DNA of 64,000 nt from Raillietiella orientalis. Lineage: Eukaryota. The position numbers and the translations under genes are program-made. Each line of letters opens with the position of its first letter. The stretch's first letter is position 1. Below, piece by piece: positions 52,231 to 64,000 of the stretch. The stretch lies in the NCBI GenBank assembly GCA_036172245.1, contig JAYWIR010000001.1:5146001-5210000 (forward strand). Direction: 5' to 3'. The notes beneath the pieces were generated by a model. That model made no database searches. It was not told where the DNA came from and saw only the letters and a program-made list of their open reading frames with translations.

Positions 52231-55200
52231 AGCTCCGAGGGATGCAGTTCCAAGAAGCTGCACGGGCCGGGAAGACAGGAGGAAAGGAGAGAGGGGGAAG
52301 GGAAAAGAGTCACCTTCGTCCACTTCCAAAGACGCGCTCACACGGACGCTACCAGCAGCAAACAGAGGCGCGGATCTCCAGGAAGGAGCCGCGCAAGTAC
52401 CGCGAAGCCCAACAACGCAAACATTGCAGACCAGCGGGATGCGAGAAAAGGAAAGAAAGAAAGAAAGAAAGAAAGAAAAAAAAAAAAAAAAAAAAAAAAC
52501 AGAAAAGAAAAGAAAGAAAGAGAAGAAAGGGAAGGAAAAAAGGGGAGAGATTCCGTGCCCGGTCCGCCCTATGAAAGATCACGGCTCTTTTTTCTTTCTT
52601 CTTTCTTTCTTTCTTTCTCCTGGGAGAGCGACCGAAGACGCGTCTCGACAGATTCAGATTCGTTACATTCGCATGGATTTTAACTGTGGTAGCGCCCGGA
52701 CCTGCTTCCTGCTGGTGTGAACGACCATCCCTCCGATGCTCGTCCGTGTGGCCCTCTCGGCCTGCTACCTTAAGAGATAAATAACGAAGCTCCGAGGAAG
52801 AATTTTCTTTGATGTTAGCATCGACGTCCGAACGAGGGGCTTCGCCTTCTTCTTTTTTTATATTGGAATATCGGTAGCTGAAAATGAAAGGCGATTCCAG
52901 GATGCGAGGGAGACGTAAGTGATGAGCCGCGCGATAAGGAGAAAGTGCAGAATCCCGGATGGAAATTTTTGCGATCCCGAGGATGAATGAAAGTGGATTT
53001 GAATCATTGCAGTCAGCTGACAACGCAAACAGATAAAACAGTCCGTTACGCATAAGACAGTTGCGACCTGGATCGGACCAGCGGAAGGAACGCAGCGATT
53101 TATTGGTCAGCGCTTGTGAGGAGCGAGGGGGAGGAGGAGACGGCTACCACCCCGACCCGGGCTTTTGCCGGTGGATTTATTTCTTTATTTATTATTTCCA
53201 GAGAGAGAGAGGGAGAGGGAGTATGGGCGGAGGGGGGGAGGGTCAGGACTGACTGGAACTCCTGCGGATGACAGGGCCGAGCCACGTCTCGGGAGAGAGA
53301 ATGTGGAGGGACGGAGCGAAGAAACATCGGACGCCCGGTTCGGGCACGTGCGATCCCACAGTTCGAATCCCGGTTGGGAAGAGGGGGAGGGAGAGGTGGG
53401 GGGGGGGGGGCAAAGAAACGCGTGCGTGTGGAGGGTGGACGTCTGGAAGGAATCGCGCCGCCTCTGCCAAGGGACGAGGTTGCACGGGGTTTCGTCCACG
53501 CTGAGTGCGCGCGCGCGAAGATACTCGGTCCACGCCGATTCGGGGGTCAGCACCGGGCGGGCGGTTGGCCGAGCCGGCGTTGACGCACGGCTCATGCGTC
53601 GTCGTCGTCCCTGCAACCGTCTTGCGATTCCGTCCGCGCTCGGGTGCGAAGACGCGCGCGCGGATGTGGAGGAGGAGGAGTTGGGAAGACGTTCAGGGCG
53701 TCTTCTCTCCCCCCCCCCTCCTCCTCGGTTCGTCCGTCGTCCGTCTGGCGGGCACTCCGTGAGCGCTGCGCGCACCTCTCTGAGCGATTTCTCATGCGCT
53801 TCACGCTTCTCGCGCCAAGACCCGCCGCGGGGACGGGCAGCTGCCGAGCCGAAGACGCCTCTCGGCGCTCTGCTCCACGCGTCCGGTCTTCCGCCTGCGC
53901 CGGCAGCCTCTGCCTGCGCGGAGGCGGATCTCTTGGAGCAGGGAAAAGGGCGAAAGAGCGAAGGAAGAAACAAGCAGCAGGGAGGGTTTCGATCGGGAGG
54001 ATTTCACGGAATGCGGGTTCCCTTTGCGGATGGACATCGTCCGCTGAGCCGCTTCGGTTGCAGCCCGGAGGCAGGCATACCTCGTCCTTTCTTCTTTCTT
54101 TTCCTCCTTTTTGGTGTCCTCGTTTGGTGCGCCAAGTCGCGGCGTTGGCACGCCGAAAGGAGGAAGAGGACAAGGAAGGACTGCCTTGAAGAAGAGGAAT
54201 GGAAACGAGGAAGCACCCGGGGGCGCACCCTCCCACCTGCACACGTGCCGAAAAAAAGCCACACGAATCGGGACACTCGGTGCGACCCTTCCATCGGGGA
54301 AACATCCCAAGAGCTGATCAGAAAGTTTGGCACGAGGAGCCAGTTGTCCTGGCGCGCCCACGTCCGCCAGCTCTTCGCTTTCGAGGTGAGAAGCAAAGTG
54401 GCCGCCGGACAAGCGGCGGACGTCCACCCTCGGATCGGATGTGGGTGAGACAATATGGGCGGAGATCCACCTTTCCGATCAGAAGTGAGGCAACACCGGC
54501 AGACTCACAGCAGGGTGGGTGAAAGATCGAAAGGTCATCTCGGTGGAGTGGGCGCGCGGACCGGTAGAGGAATGGCGCGGAATCCGCCGAACATCCCGGG
54601 GCCTAGGAATGGCTCCACTTTTCTAAGAGTGGAACACCACTCCCTGCAGTCGGACAGCCCTGGAGACGACGTGGGGAACTTTTGCCTCCAGGGCGCGCCG
54701 CCACCGCATGGCGCGGGATCAGTAATTCATTGGTCATCTTTCTTCCGGTCCGGGACGGATGGGAATCCACTTCGGCATGGATGGGACTCCGGCTGGAATG
54801 TGCAACCGAGCGGGCGGGAGCGGGGGGACTATTGGGGGTTTCGGCGAGGCGGAAGTTTTTGGATGCCGGCGGCAGGCAGAGAACTGGCGGAGCAGTTCGA
54901 CCGACCGGGAGACCTGCGGGGGTTCTAAAAGGGACGCTCGATTTCGACCTGCGCGCGCGGGCGCACACAGTCGGCTCTGCAAAAGAGGGAGAGGGGAGGG
55001 GGACAGAGAAACCAGGACCCTTTGGGATCTCCTCTTTCCCCGTGCGTCTCTTCCCGTCGGCGCCGGAAACTCCCAACAACCGAATGCGCCAGCGGTCGCC
55101 GGCTTTCGCGAGGTGGCGGCCTCCCTCGATCGCTCGCTTTTGGCGGATCTCGACTGCTGACCAGATGGCAGCGACCTCTCCGTTCCACCTCCCGAGCCGG

Positions 55201-56559
55201 ACGTCTTCATACCCTCGCGCTGCGGCGGCAGCTCCGCGCCTCCGGTGCGACGCGCTCCCGGAATTCCTGCCGAGCTGACGCGGTTCGTTGCAATCGGAGA
55301 AATCCGATTTCGTGGACCTGGCTCGCGGGATTTCATCTGCTAAATTGGCTGAGCCTGATAATTTGATCAGCATTCCGCATCGAGCTAATTTATGAGATCA
55401 CAGATAATGATCTGCATTTATCTGATTAAACCGTCAGCTCGAAAGGAGGCTGCTCCACAGTTCAGCGTTCGCGCTATCTGCGCCTCCCGTCCGGCGGCGG
55501 GCGCTGCGTTCGCTTTCGGCTGTCATCGGGCGAGGAGGCCGCCTGCCGGCGCCTCGGTCCGCGGAATTTCCCGCGCTAGACATTTTCCGGGACCTATGTT
55601 GCCCCGGGGGGCGACCGTCTCCGCTCGTCGCTCAGCACGCCGTCGGTCCGTGTGCGTTCCCTCCCCGGGCTGCGTGAACTCAATGCCTGCTCTCCCGTCG
55701 GGTGGTCAAACTCAGATTGCCCGTGTCTCTTCGGGTGCTTCTCTCTCCCTGCTTGCAGTGCACGTGGGTCCTTGAGGTAGCATCGGCGGATCCTCGCTGC
55801 TCCGCGACTCCCACGCACGTGAGGGGGGTGGGGGGAGGGGGGCACGGGCGAACGCGGATCGCCGTTCCGTTTCGTGGGCACGCGAGCGCGGCGGACTCCT
55901 CTTGTCGCTGGCTTCTTGCGTCGCTCTTCCGCGCTTTCCCTTCGGGCGTGCTTCCCGATCCGCGCCCTCCGGCAGAGGCGCCCACCAAGCTCGGGAATCT
56001 CAGCTGCCGGGGAGACGACGCGAAATTCCACGGATCCGAAGGAACGGTTTCTACCGACGCTTTACGACAGAAATCCCACACAAGAGGACGTCCCTTCCCT
56101 CCTCTCCGTGTCGCTAAGGGCGCCCGGAGCGCCGCTCCCGCCAAGTGGCTGAGTCAACGAGCGGGCATCCAGACGGCTGGACAGCTGGAGGAAAGTCGGA
56201 GGCAACCTTCCGGATATTCTGCCATGCTGTCCTTCAGGCATGCGGTGAAGAGAAAGGACAGGGCATGGATCGGTCGATGCGGCGAACGTCGGCAAGGCCG
56301 AGCTGGAAGTACGCGCACTCAGCATTCCCAGCGGCCTTGGCATCACCGCGGAGAAGAAGGCGGTGAAGCTATCGGGAACGTAGTGGAGGTCATCGAGCTA
56401 TTCCCGAGGCCATCTCCGGGGGTCCAGGATAGGTCATCCAGGTGGCGGATCCTACTGAAGACGAGTTTCTCGGACGCAGTGCTTCCTCTTCTTGCATTTC
56501 GTGGATGGAGACACTTCTCTCCTTGGAATCAAGGGAGCAACAACGAGGATATCGAGGGT

Positions 56560-56830
56560 CGAAGAACGCCTAGGGTCCGAACCTCCGATTTTGTCGATCG
56601 CAAGGCCCAAGAGCACCGCCCTGAAGCCTTCTCCCCAGGTGCATCATCCAGAAGCATCCCTGCCCTACTGCTGCTGCTCCACCGGCCATCTGCACGAAAA
56701 CGCTTGCCTGCATAGGGGGCCCGTCCGGGCGAAAAAGTGGTTCCCCCGGGACTCAAGCTTGAAACCTCTCTGCTTTTCGTCGCAAAAGTAGACTCGAGGC
56801 GGGCCGGTTCTCAGTCGCCTTCACCGTTTA
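56560..56830 (-). mobile_element. Decayed LINE reverse-transcriptase fragment
   Basis: SPGGTTFSPGR and LLDD..EKASGRCSWAL resemble Q.GF.PGR and D.EKAFDRV.W.FL. Nucleotides 56750-56820 are a diverged direct repeat of 60160-60230. Confidence 0.55.
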
Positions 56831-58499
56831 TTTTTAGATTGCATTGTTGACCGCCATGCTGATGGCGCATTCAACGTGTTGCTGAAGATGGCGGAATCGT
56901 TGCGCAAAGACGCGCTCACTTGATGGCCACCCGCGGTCCGGAGAATTCCTTGGGGGATTCCAAGGATACGCTGCCGGTCACCCCGCGGACAGCGCGCGCA
57001 GCGCAGGAGCCCTCATTCCCGCCGGGGAGCTCGAGGAGAGGTGTTTCTGGGAAAGAAGCACAGGCCCCAGCCCGATGAACGTGCTAGCGGGGGGTTCACG
57101 GCAGCACTGATGCTTCCTTGTTCGCGCTCTTGCACAAGAGGACCGAATAGTTTCAGGAAGACGCCTCCATGAGGACGGGGAGGGCTGCGTGCAGATGATC
57201 CGGTGCATCTCTCGACTTCTTCCGCGCGCTTCTCTCGCGTTCCCATCGCTTCTTCTCGTTCATCTGACCCACCTATTTTTGGACTCCGTTTTACCTTCCC
57301 CTTCCAGAACCTTCAGATTCCACACCGAGACGTCCGGACTGCTTGGACCCACTTCGGAACCTCGTCGAGCTCGTCTTTGACCCCGAAACTGGACGTTTTG
57401 AGAAAGCCGGGGGCATTTTCGTCTCCGTTCTCTCCCCAGGATCTGCTTGGGTCCACTTCGGGTACCCGCACGGGACACCGGAGCGGTTGGAAAAGCTCCT
57501 CTAAGCGTTTTCTTGCAGGTGAGCGGGACCACAAACCTCACGTGTTGTTTTTCCTCCGAGCCGGATACCCCGAGGGCACTTCAAGACAGCCGTAAATACG
57601 CCCGGATCGTTTTCAGATGCTGGACCAGAATCACTTGACGGGAAGAGAAGAGAAACAAAAAATCTGCTGACTCGGATCTCCAGAGTGACGGTGCGAATCC
57701 AGCAGGTGCAGCAGTGCGGCAACTCTTTTTGAGAGCGCGCTTGTCCACCTGCTGGGCTCCTCGTCTTCTGGACGTGCGTCCATCAAGAGGGAGAGTCTCT
57801 CTGGGGAATTCTCAGGGCGCGCCTGACCCCCTCCTAGGTACGGAGCAACTCCCCTAGCAACACCTTTGGGCGTTTGAAACCAGTGGCGCCCAGGAGAGAG
57901 GGGAGGAGGCGATGCATTTGGCGTTCACCGCGCAAGTGTTGAAGCACATGCTCTCCGTGGAAAGGGGAAACAGGGAACGGGAAGTCCGGCAGGAGTGCTA
58001 GGAATTTCTCTCTTCCTACGCCCCACTTTGGCTTCCCTTGGCAGCTCCCGCGCGCTCGCGCACCGCCGCGGACCATTCCCTTTCAGTGCCTCCGAGGTCT
58101 ACCGCCCGTTCCCCGGGAGACCGCTGCCGCCGCCGTGCTCGCTCGAGCGGACGCCCTCAGCAGCGGTTCCGCGTGTCAGCGCCTGCAAGCCGCAGCCGAA
58201 ACCCCGCACTCTTCCCGGTACCGTGGAACCGCTTCCCCCCTTCCTTCACGGGGAGCGAGTCCAAGAATTTCCTCGGCCTTAATCCTTCCGGACGTTTCGC
58301 GAGCCGCTCCCGCTCAGGAGCGCTCATCTGTATTCCGTCTCGGCGAACGTGACATCCGAGTCTCTCGCAAGGTACGTGACAGAAGGGGGGATTTGACATT
58401 TTTCGACCCTCTCGTCATGAGCAAAAACACCTCTCTTTTTTCCTCTCTCTCTCTTATAGAAGGGAGAGAGCATTTCAAAAATAGAAACTCATAAGCTTT

Positions 58500-60480
58500 T
58501 CCAGGAAGCGGTCCTCCTCGATGCCAAGAGCTTCCAGGATTCTCCCAGGCGCCCGGGCTTCTGAAGTCGCTCGAATTCCCTGCTCTCCCTCGCTGGAAGG
58601 GGCCTCCAAGATGCCTGTCTGTCCAAAACGCCAAGGTTCCGCCATCCAAGGGTGACTTTCTCTGCCGCATTCCTCCCCCTGATTTCCTTCAGCCTCCTCG
58701 ATTTGCTCCTAATCCCTGAGGTACGCCGTTCCTTGAATTGCCCTAGTTCCACCCTCCCCAAAGGCGAAGATGAGGCCACGACGCTCTTGGCACCTCCCAC
58801 GAACAGCCAAGTGGCCCCCTATGAACGGAAGACTCGAAGACAACGCAGCCGGGAATGCTACTCTAACCCGTCGGCGGTAGCATTTGGAGAAAGGATATCC
58901 GGTACCCTTGACAACGGAAGGGCCAAATGTCTGCAGCGCTTAGAAAAACTCTTATACGAAGTGAGGCACTTCAAACTGACTTGGCTGACGTGTTTTTTTT
59001 TCTGAGAAATGTAGCGAGACTTCAGGAAGGCCGGTTCTAAGTAGCTCACCCTTTAGGGGAAGCAATCCTTCCATGTGTTCAACCCATCCTTTCAGCGGTT
59101 TCTCCAGATCGAGAAGCCAAGTGAAACGGACGGCGTCAATCGCTTTCTCCAATTGCTTGGGTGGAGTGGGGCTTACACGCTTCCGTTTCCGTCCTCGACC
59201 ATGAGACTGCCCTTGCGCACAGCTTGCGCCGAGTGAGGGACGTAAAGCCGGCCGAGTCTGCCTGTGAGGCGTGACGTCAGCGCTCGCGGTCGGCATGGCA
59301 GCCAACAATGCAAACCCAAAAGTACACGGCGAGAGCTACTGAGAATCGGTTGTCTTCTAAGACTGATTTTGGAGCAAAACAGTGCGCTTCGGCCGGGCTG
59401 GTTTGGGGCAGCTCATCCTGCTCAGGTTCCCTGAATAAGTATGCGCATCATGACCCTAGCACTCGGGGACCACTCTTTGCCCTTGCACAAGAAAGCATGC
59501 TTCGGACTCGAAGTTAGCAACTCTAGAAACCGAGGGCGGCCAAATGAACGGAAGATTTTTTCATCACCTTCTCCGTTTGTCTGTTCCCTTCGACCCTTCC
59601 TCGTGACAGAGCTGCGACTCCGAAGAGTTGCATTAGCACAGGCGGTGTCCCTTCCAATGCTTCTAAGGAGTAGCGAATGTTCGACAGCACCATTCTCTTT
59701 CTGCCTGTATTTTTGGCCATTCTCTCGGCATTTCGCCGCTCGACGAATCCTCGGTCCCAGAGATCCTCAGACCATTGCTCTTACAGTCGGAGGCATTTCC
59801 TTCCTTCGCTCAGGAGCGCCTGGTCCGGCTTGAGCTCCGAGTCCATCCTCTGTCTAAGTTGGCTGGTTGCCACCAATTGTGGTTCATTCATTTATAGCTG
59901 CTGAATCCTATGAAAAATGGATTTCTATCACGTGCAAGGGGAAACTTTCCACCACCTCAACAGTCCATCCCTCCTCTTCCTCCTCTTCTCTTCGCATTTT
60001 AATAGGTATTCCCCCCCATTACAGAAGATGAACCAGCTTGTATGTTCGAACGCACCATCTCTTTCTCGATACTAATCCACCTGCTTCTTGGCAATGCTCA
60101 GTTCCCTCAACATTTCGTCATTGTCCTTGGGACCTGCAGATCCTTCTACAGGGGGGGTCGACTCAAGCCTGAAACTTCTCTGCCCTCCGCCGCAAAGTTG
60201 AGCCCGAGGCGGGCCGGTCCTCAGTCGCTCGCCCTGTCGGAGCCTGGGACGGAGGTGCTTCTACTGCCGCCGCCGCGGACGCCTGCCCATTCTGTGTTTA
60301 TCCTCCTGGTGTGGCAGGAACTGCTCTTAACGAGGAGTAAAGAGCGAGTTCTCGCCCTCCTCTTTATGGTCTCGCCTCCTCCAATGTTGCTAGAGAACAC
60401 TCAAAGGGGCAGCAGACCTCCCTTTCTTCTTGGGGCCCTACACCCTAACCTCGGCTTCGAAGTCGTTCCCGGAACGGTCT
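58500..60480 (-). mobile_element. Decayed L1/Tx1-like ORF2 remnant, about 2 kb, motifs in collinear order
   Basis: From high to low coordinate: KAPG-like (about 60430), SD*GPARLGLN resembling NWRPISLLN (about 60220), EWSPSARVMMRIL (about 59460), LEKAIDAVRFTWLLDL..W (about 59130) and GWRNLGV..W..ESWKLL (about 58600). Many stops and frameshifts. Confidence 0.55.
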
Positions 60481-62907
60481 GGTAGTCAGCCAGCGACTCC
60501 CAGCGCTTCAACGAGCGCTTTCAGAGCTGGGTTCCCATCCATGTGAATTCGAGTGCGCTCGCTGCGGCGCCCGGACGCTGCGGGCGTCGGCGAAACGCCC
60601 GCGCAGGAGACATCGGCCCGGTCGCTGGACTCCGCTGGCCCGCCCACTCAACCCACAAGTGAAGATCGTGAAGATCCAACGGAGAAGAGCAACAAGCGGT
60701 GGGAAGAGGGCATTCCCCCTCTGCAGTGAGGCCATCCCTTCCGTTCTCTCCTTCCGGGCGAGACCGTGACCTTCGGAGGACCCGAGCCGAGCTGAAGTCC
60801 CTTACGGCATCGCCCCGCGAGGGCTGGGGCATCGGGACGCGCCGTTTCTTCCCGAGCTCCTCTTTCCGCCCAGGCGCCTCGTGCTGGCGCAGGCACTCAC
60901 TCGGAGACGCAGTGGAGGGCCGCATCTCGACGTCTCCGGTCCTTCGGGCCGTTGCAGAGTTGTTTACGCGGGGCAGGAGACGTCCGGCAAGATGTTCCGT
61001 CCCTTCTCTCCGGGAATCAGGTCGGGTGGCGTGGGTTCCGGGCGTCGGCCTCCATGAGGCCACGGGAAGGGAAGGGTCCAGTCCCAGAAAGGTGTCAGAG
61101 GTGATGGCGTCTCGAGGTGGGGGGAACCCGGATGTCCTGGTGTCCTCACTAGGAGGAGGCCGTCTGCAGTTCCTTGGGCGCAGGCGGCCATCTTCACCTC
61201 CAGCCTCCCGCAGTGGCTGTGCGCTCCTCACAACTCTCTTCCTCCCCCCCCTCAGGGCGAAGAGGGAGGTCTGACGGACTCCCCGGTGCGAGGAGTCTCT
61301 GCAACTGCGGTCTGGAAGACGCGCGGGCGTTTCAGCACCGCCGCATGTAGGGGAGTGGAGGAGGTGAGGATAATTCGGTTGCACTTGTGCGCCATCGGAA
61401 AAGGTTCGGGAAGTCTGGGGTGCGCCACCGTCGCGGTCTGATCGAAGGCGAACGGGTCCTTCCGGTGAGAAGCGGAGATTCAGGGGGCGGCGGGACCCTG
61501 AGAGGGGAGGGAAAGCCTGAGGCAGCGGGTCAGTTCCAAAGTCACGGAAGTGTTAAGGGTGGCGCGGGGATTGGCACACTTGGATAACCACCCCTTACCC
61601 GATGCTCCTGAACTTCCCCCGTGCCCGGTGCCGATCGCCTCCCGGGGCGCGCCGCTCCGCAATCCTCGGTCTCGTCTTTCTATGGCGCGCTCCTCGGATG
61701 CGCCCACGGCGTCGGGGCGGAGCGGGAAGGGGGAAACCATCCCCGAATCTAGCTGTGGGAACTCCTCCGGATTGAGGGACCCACCGTCCCGGCTCCACCT
61801 CTTCTTCCACCGAAGATCGGAAGAGTGCGTCCCTGGCGTCCTCCTGGAGGTCCTCTTCTCTCCTTTCCAGCCCTTCGGAGCACCCACAGGGCGAGAGTTG
61901 TGGAAGAGAGCCGTGCGCAGAAAAGGCGGTTTGGGCCCACTGCACGACAAGTGAGGAGTGCCGAGCGGCACCCTGATCTTCAGGATGGAACGAGGTCAAC
62001 AGCCAATGGCAAAGTTCCTGCCTTTCTTCTATTTTCAGATTTTCCTCCCTGCCCTCGGCTGTCGATCTTCCGTTCCATCAAAGGCCATGGAGGAAGGGGT
62101 CTCCAGCAGTTGTGGACAACCGCCTGGCAACATCAGGAGGTCCCCGGAGCCCCCAGGGGACTCCTGCCGCACTTCTTTTCCTCCTTTCTGCAGAGGAGCG
62201 CTCAGAGCCAATGGACTTTCCCATGTGACCTCTCGCCATTTCCTGGCGAGTAGCGTGGGAGGAGAGGCTTTGTTTATTGTCCCGGATTGCCCTTCGGGAC
62301 GGGGGTACCCGCGAAACCCGTCCGGGAAGCCCCGGCAGTCTGCGGGTTCCGAAAAAGCCGGCGGAGAGCGCTCGCGCAAGCGACTCCAAGCCTTTCTTTC
62401 CCTTCCCCCCCTCCTGTCCCTCCCTTGCAGTTTTCTCCTCTGCACTTCCTGAGAAAATGCCCACGAGGCGGAACGTTCGCAAGGTGACGACGCTGCTGCT
62501 TCCGCTGTGCAGCGACGGACTCGCGAACTTGGCCAGAAACGACAGCATGCGAGAGAACCCGTGAGAGAGGAAGGGAGGCGAGGAGACAGACCCCTCCTTC
62601 CTCCTCTCCCTTCCCTCCCCCTCAAAGGGGAGGGAAAGGAAGAGGGCGCAGGAAAAAAAAAAAAAATCCGTTCGGAGCCGGGAAGAATTCAACGAATTTC
62701 GAAATTCGGAGACGAAAATGCGAGCAGGCGAAACGGAACCGGAAATAAATCACCCGACGAGAATTTGGCATCGGGAAACAGATTTCCCGGCAGCTCCGTT
62801 CAGGACGTTATTCTTGTCTGGGGAACCTGCCGGCGGGAGGATCACGGGCGCCAATTAGGTAGGCGAGAGCGCGCGCGAGGGCTGTGGCGGCGGCGGCGGC
62901 GACGACG

Positions 62908-63165
62908 GAGGAGGAGGAGGAGGAGGAGAAGGAAGAAGAAGAGGAAGAGGAGGAAGAAGAAGAGGAAGAGGAGGAAGAAGAAGAGGAAGAGGAGGAGGAG
63001 GAGGAAGAAGAGGGAGGAAGTGAAAACAAAGGGAAGATCAAGAGGAAGAAGAGAAGGAGGAACCGGAGTAGAGGGAGAAGAAGAGGAGCAAAGGAGAGGA
63101 AGAAGAGGAGGGAAGTGGGAAGAAGAAGACGAAGGAAAGAGGAGGAGGGAGAAAGGAGGAAGAGA
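62908..63165. repeat. (GAG/GAA)n purine-rich simple repeat
   Basis: Long GAG/GAA triplet run. It generates the spurious poly-E, poly-R/K and poly-S ORFs in the track. Confidence 0.9.
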
Positions 63166-64000
63166 GACTGCTGCCTCTTCTTCGATCCTCGCCAGCCATG
63201 ATGTGGCGAATCGATTGGGTCCAGGCATCTGGATGCGTGCAGCAGCAGCAGCAGCATCCGTAGCATCCGAGGGCCAGTCAGAATCGTCGAGCAGCATTGA
63301 ATTCATGCCAAGGCATTGGGAAGAGGGGGAGGAGGAGGGAAGGGAAAAAAGGGTGTTCCCGCAAATCTAAAAATAGCTTTTCTTCCTCGCTTTTTCCTTT
63401 GCATTTCAACGGGTGGCCTGGGAGGAAATCGCGCAGCAGCTTCCAGCTGAAGGGAGTCAGTGAACTCGGATGACCTGAAGGCACTCCCAAGGAACGGAAC
63501 TTTCCGGAGGGAGAAAAGGGGAGGAATGGAAGGGGGGGAAGGATACGGAGGGGGAGGACAGGCAGAGGAGGACGTGAAGGAGGCGCCGCCGGAGGGGATA
63601 TGGACTCTTTCCCTGGGAAGGTGGGCCACCGGGAGGTGTCCGTCGCGGAGAGACGGCGAAGTCGCCACAGTTCTTCCGGGAGTCGAAGGGGGTACTCGCT
63701 CCCGGGACTGGTCCGAGTAGTCCCTCCGGGCGTGACCGGCGGTCGGTCCAGGGCTTGCGAGAACCACAGCTTCTGCGCTGCGCCTTCGCCGATCCTCCAA
63801 TCCCGCTGGGCTCTTCCTGAAGTCCCACCGCCCTCAACGCTAGCCTTGGAAGACCGACAAAGCCACCTGGGCCTTCCTCCCAGTGGGGTCTCCGTCTGAG
63901 ATCGCACTCGCAGGGGAGGTAGGATTGCTTCCTCCTCCTGTCCTCCCTGGCGACGGGGAAGAGGCGCCCGCCAAGACGCTGCCTGCGCGTGTCCTCGGTG

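Noticed and set aside
53165..54448. 427-aa ORF, and other long ORFs such as 55702-56715, 9148-10077, 2656-3630 and 21649-22602
   Set aside because: They are Arg/Gly/Pro/Ser-rich, overlap in several frames and show no recognisable domain. This is expected from stop-poor GC-rich DNA or the antisense of real exons.
61780..62350. Further diverged copies of the SINE/LINE body (also about 63400-63700 and 6200-6370)
   Set aside because: Only patchy similarity by eye and no tRNA head, so boundaries cannot be supported.
62507..63370. Poly-Arg/Lys, poly-Glu and poly-Ser ORFs
   Set aside because: They are translations of a GAG/GAA simple repeat.

Overview
This is eukaryotic (animal, probably invertebrate) genomic DNA, not prokaryotic. 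Almost all ORFs in the supplied track are spurious products of GC-rich sequence. I built three spliced genes by hand from GT-AG boundaries and recalled family motifs. (1) A divergent MYCBP-associated protein gene (MYCBPAP, minus strand, about 22.8 kb down to 2973), with large transposon-filled introns and an unresolved 5' end. (2) A complete GALT gene (minus, 32287-30106, 7 exons, 348 aa). (3) A complete ATG14 gene (plus, 38219-40418, 9 exons, 442 aa). GALT and ATG14 sit in a sharply bounded AT-rich, CpG-poor block (about 25.4-40.4 kb) between GC- and CpG-rich flanks. The flanks hold many decayed L1/Tx1-like LINE fragments, a mariner remnant and one pogo/Tigger-like MITE; a second MITE lies inside the AT-rich block. 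The most novel-looking element is a repeated chimera of a tRNA-like Pol III head fused to 0.5-1.2 kb of LINE 3' end (three headed copies), with a conserved 3' hairpin. All homology calls come from recalled motifs, not from database searches.
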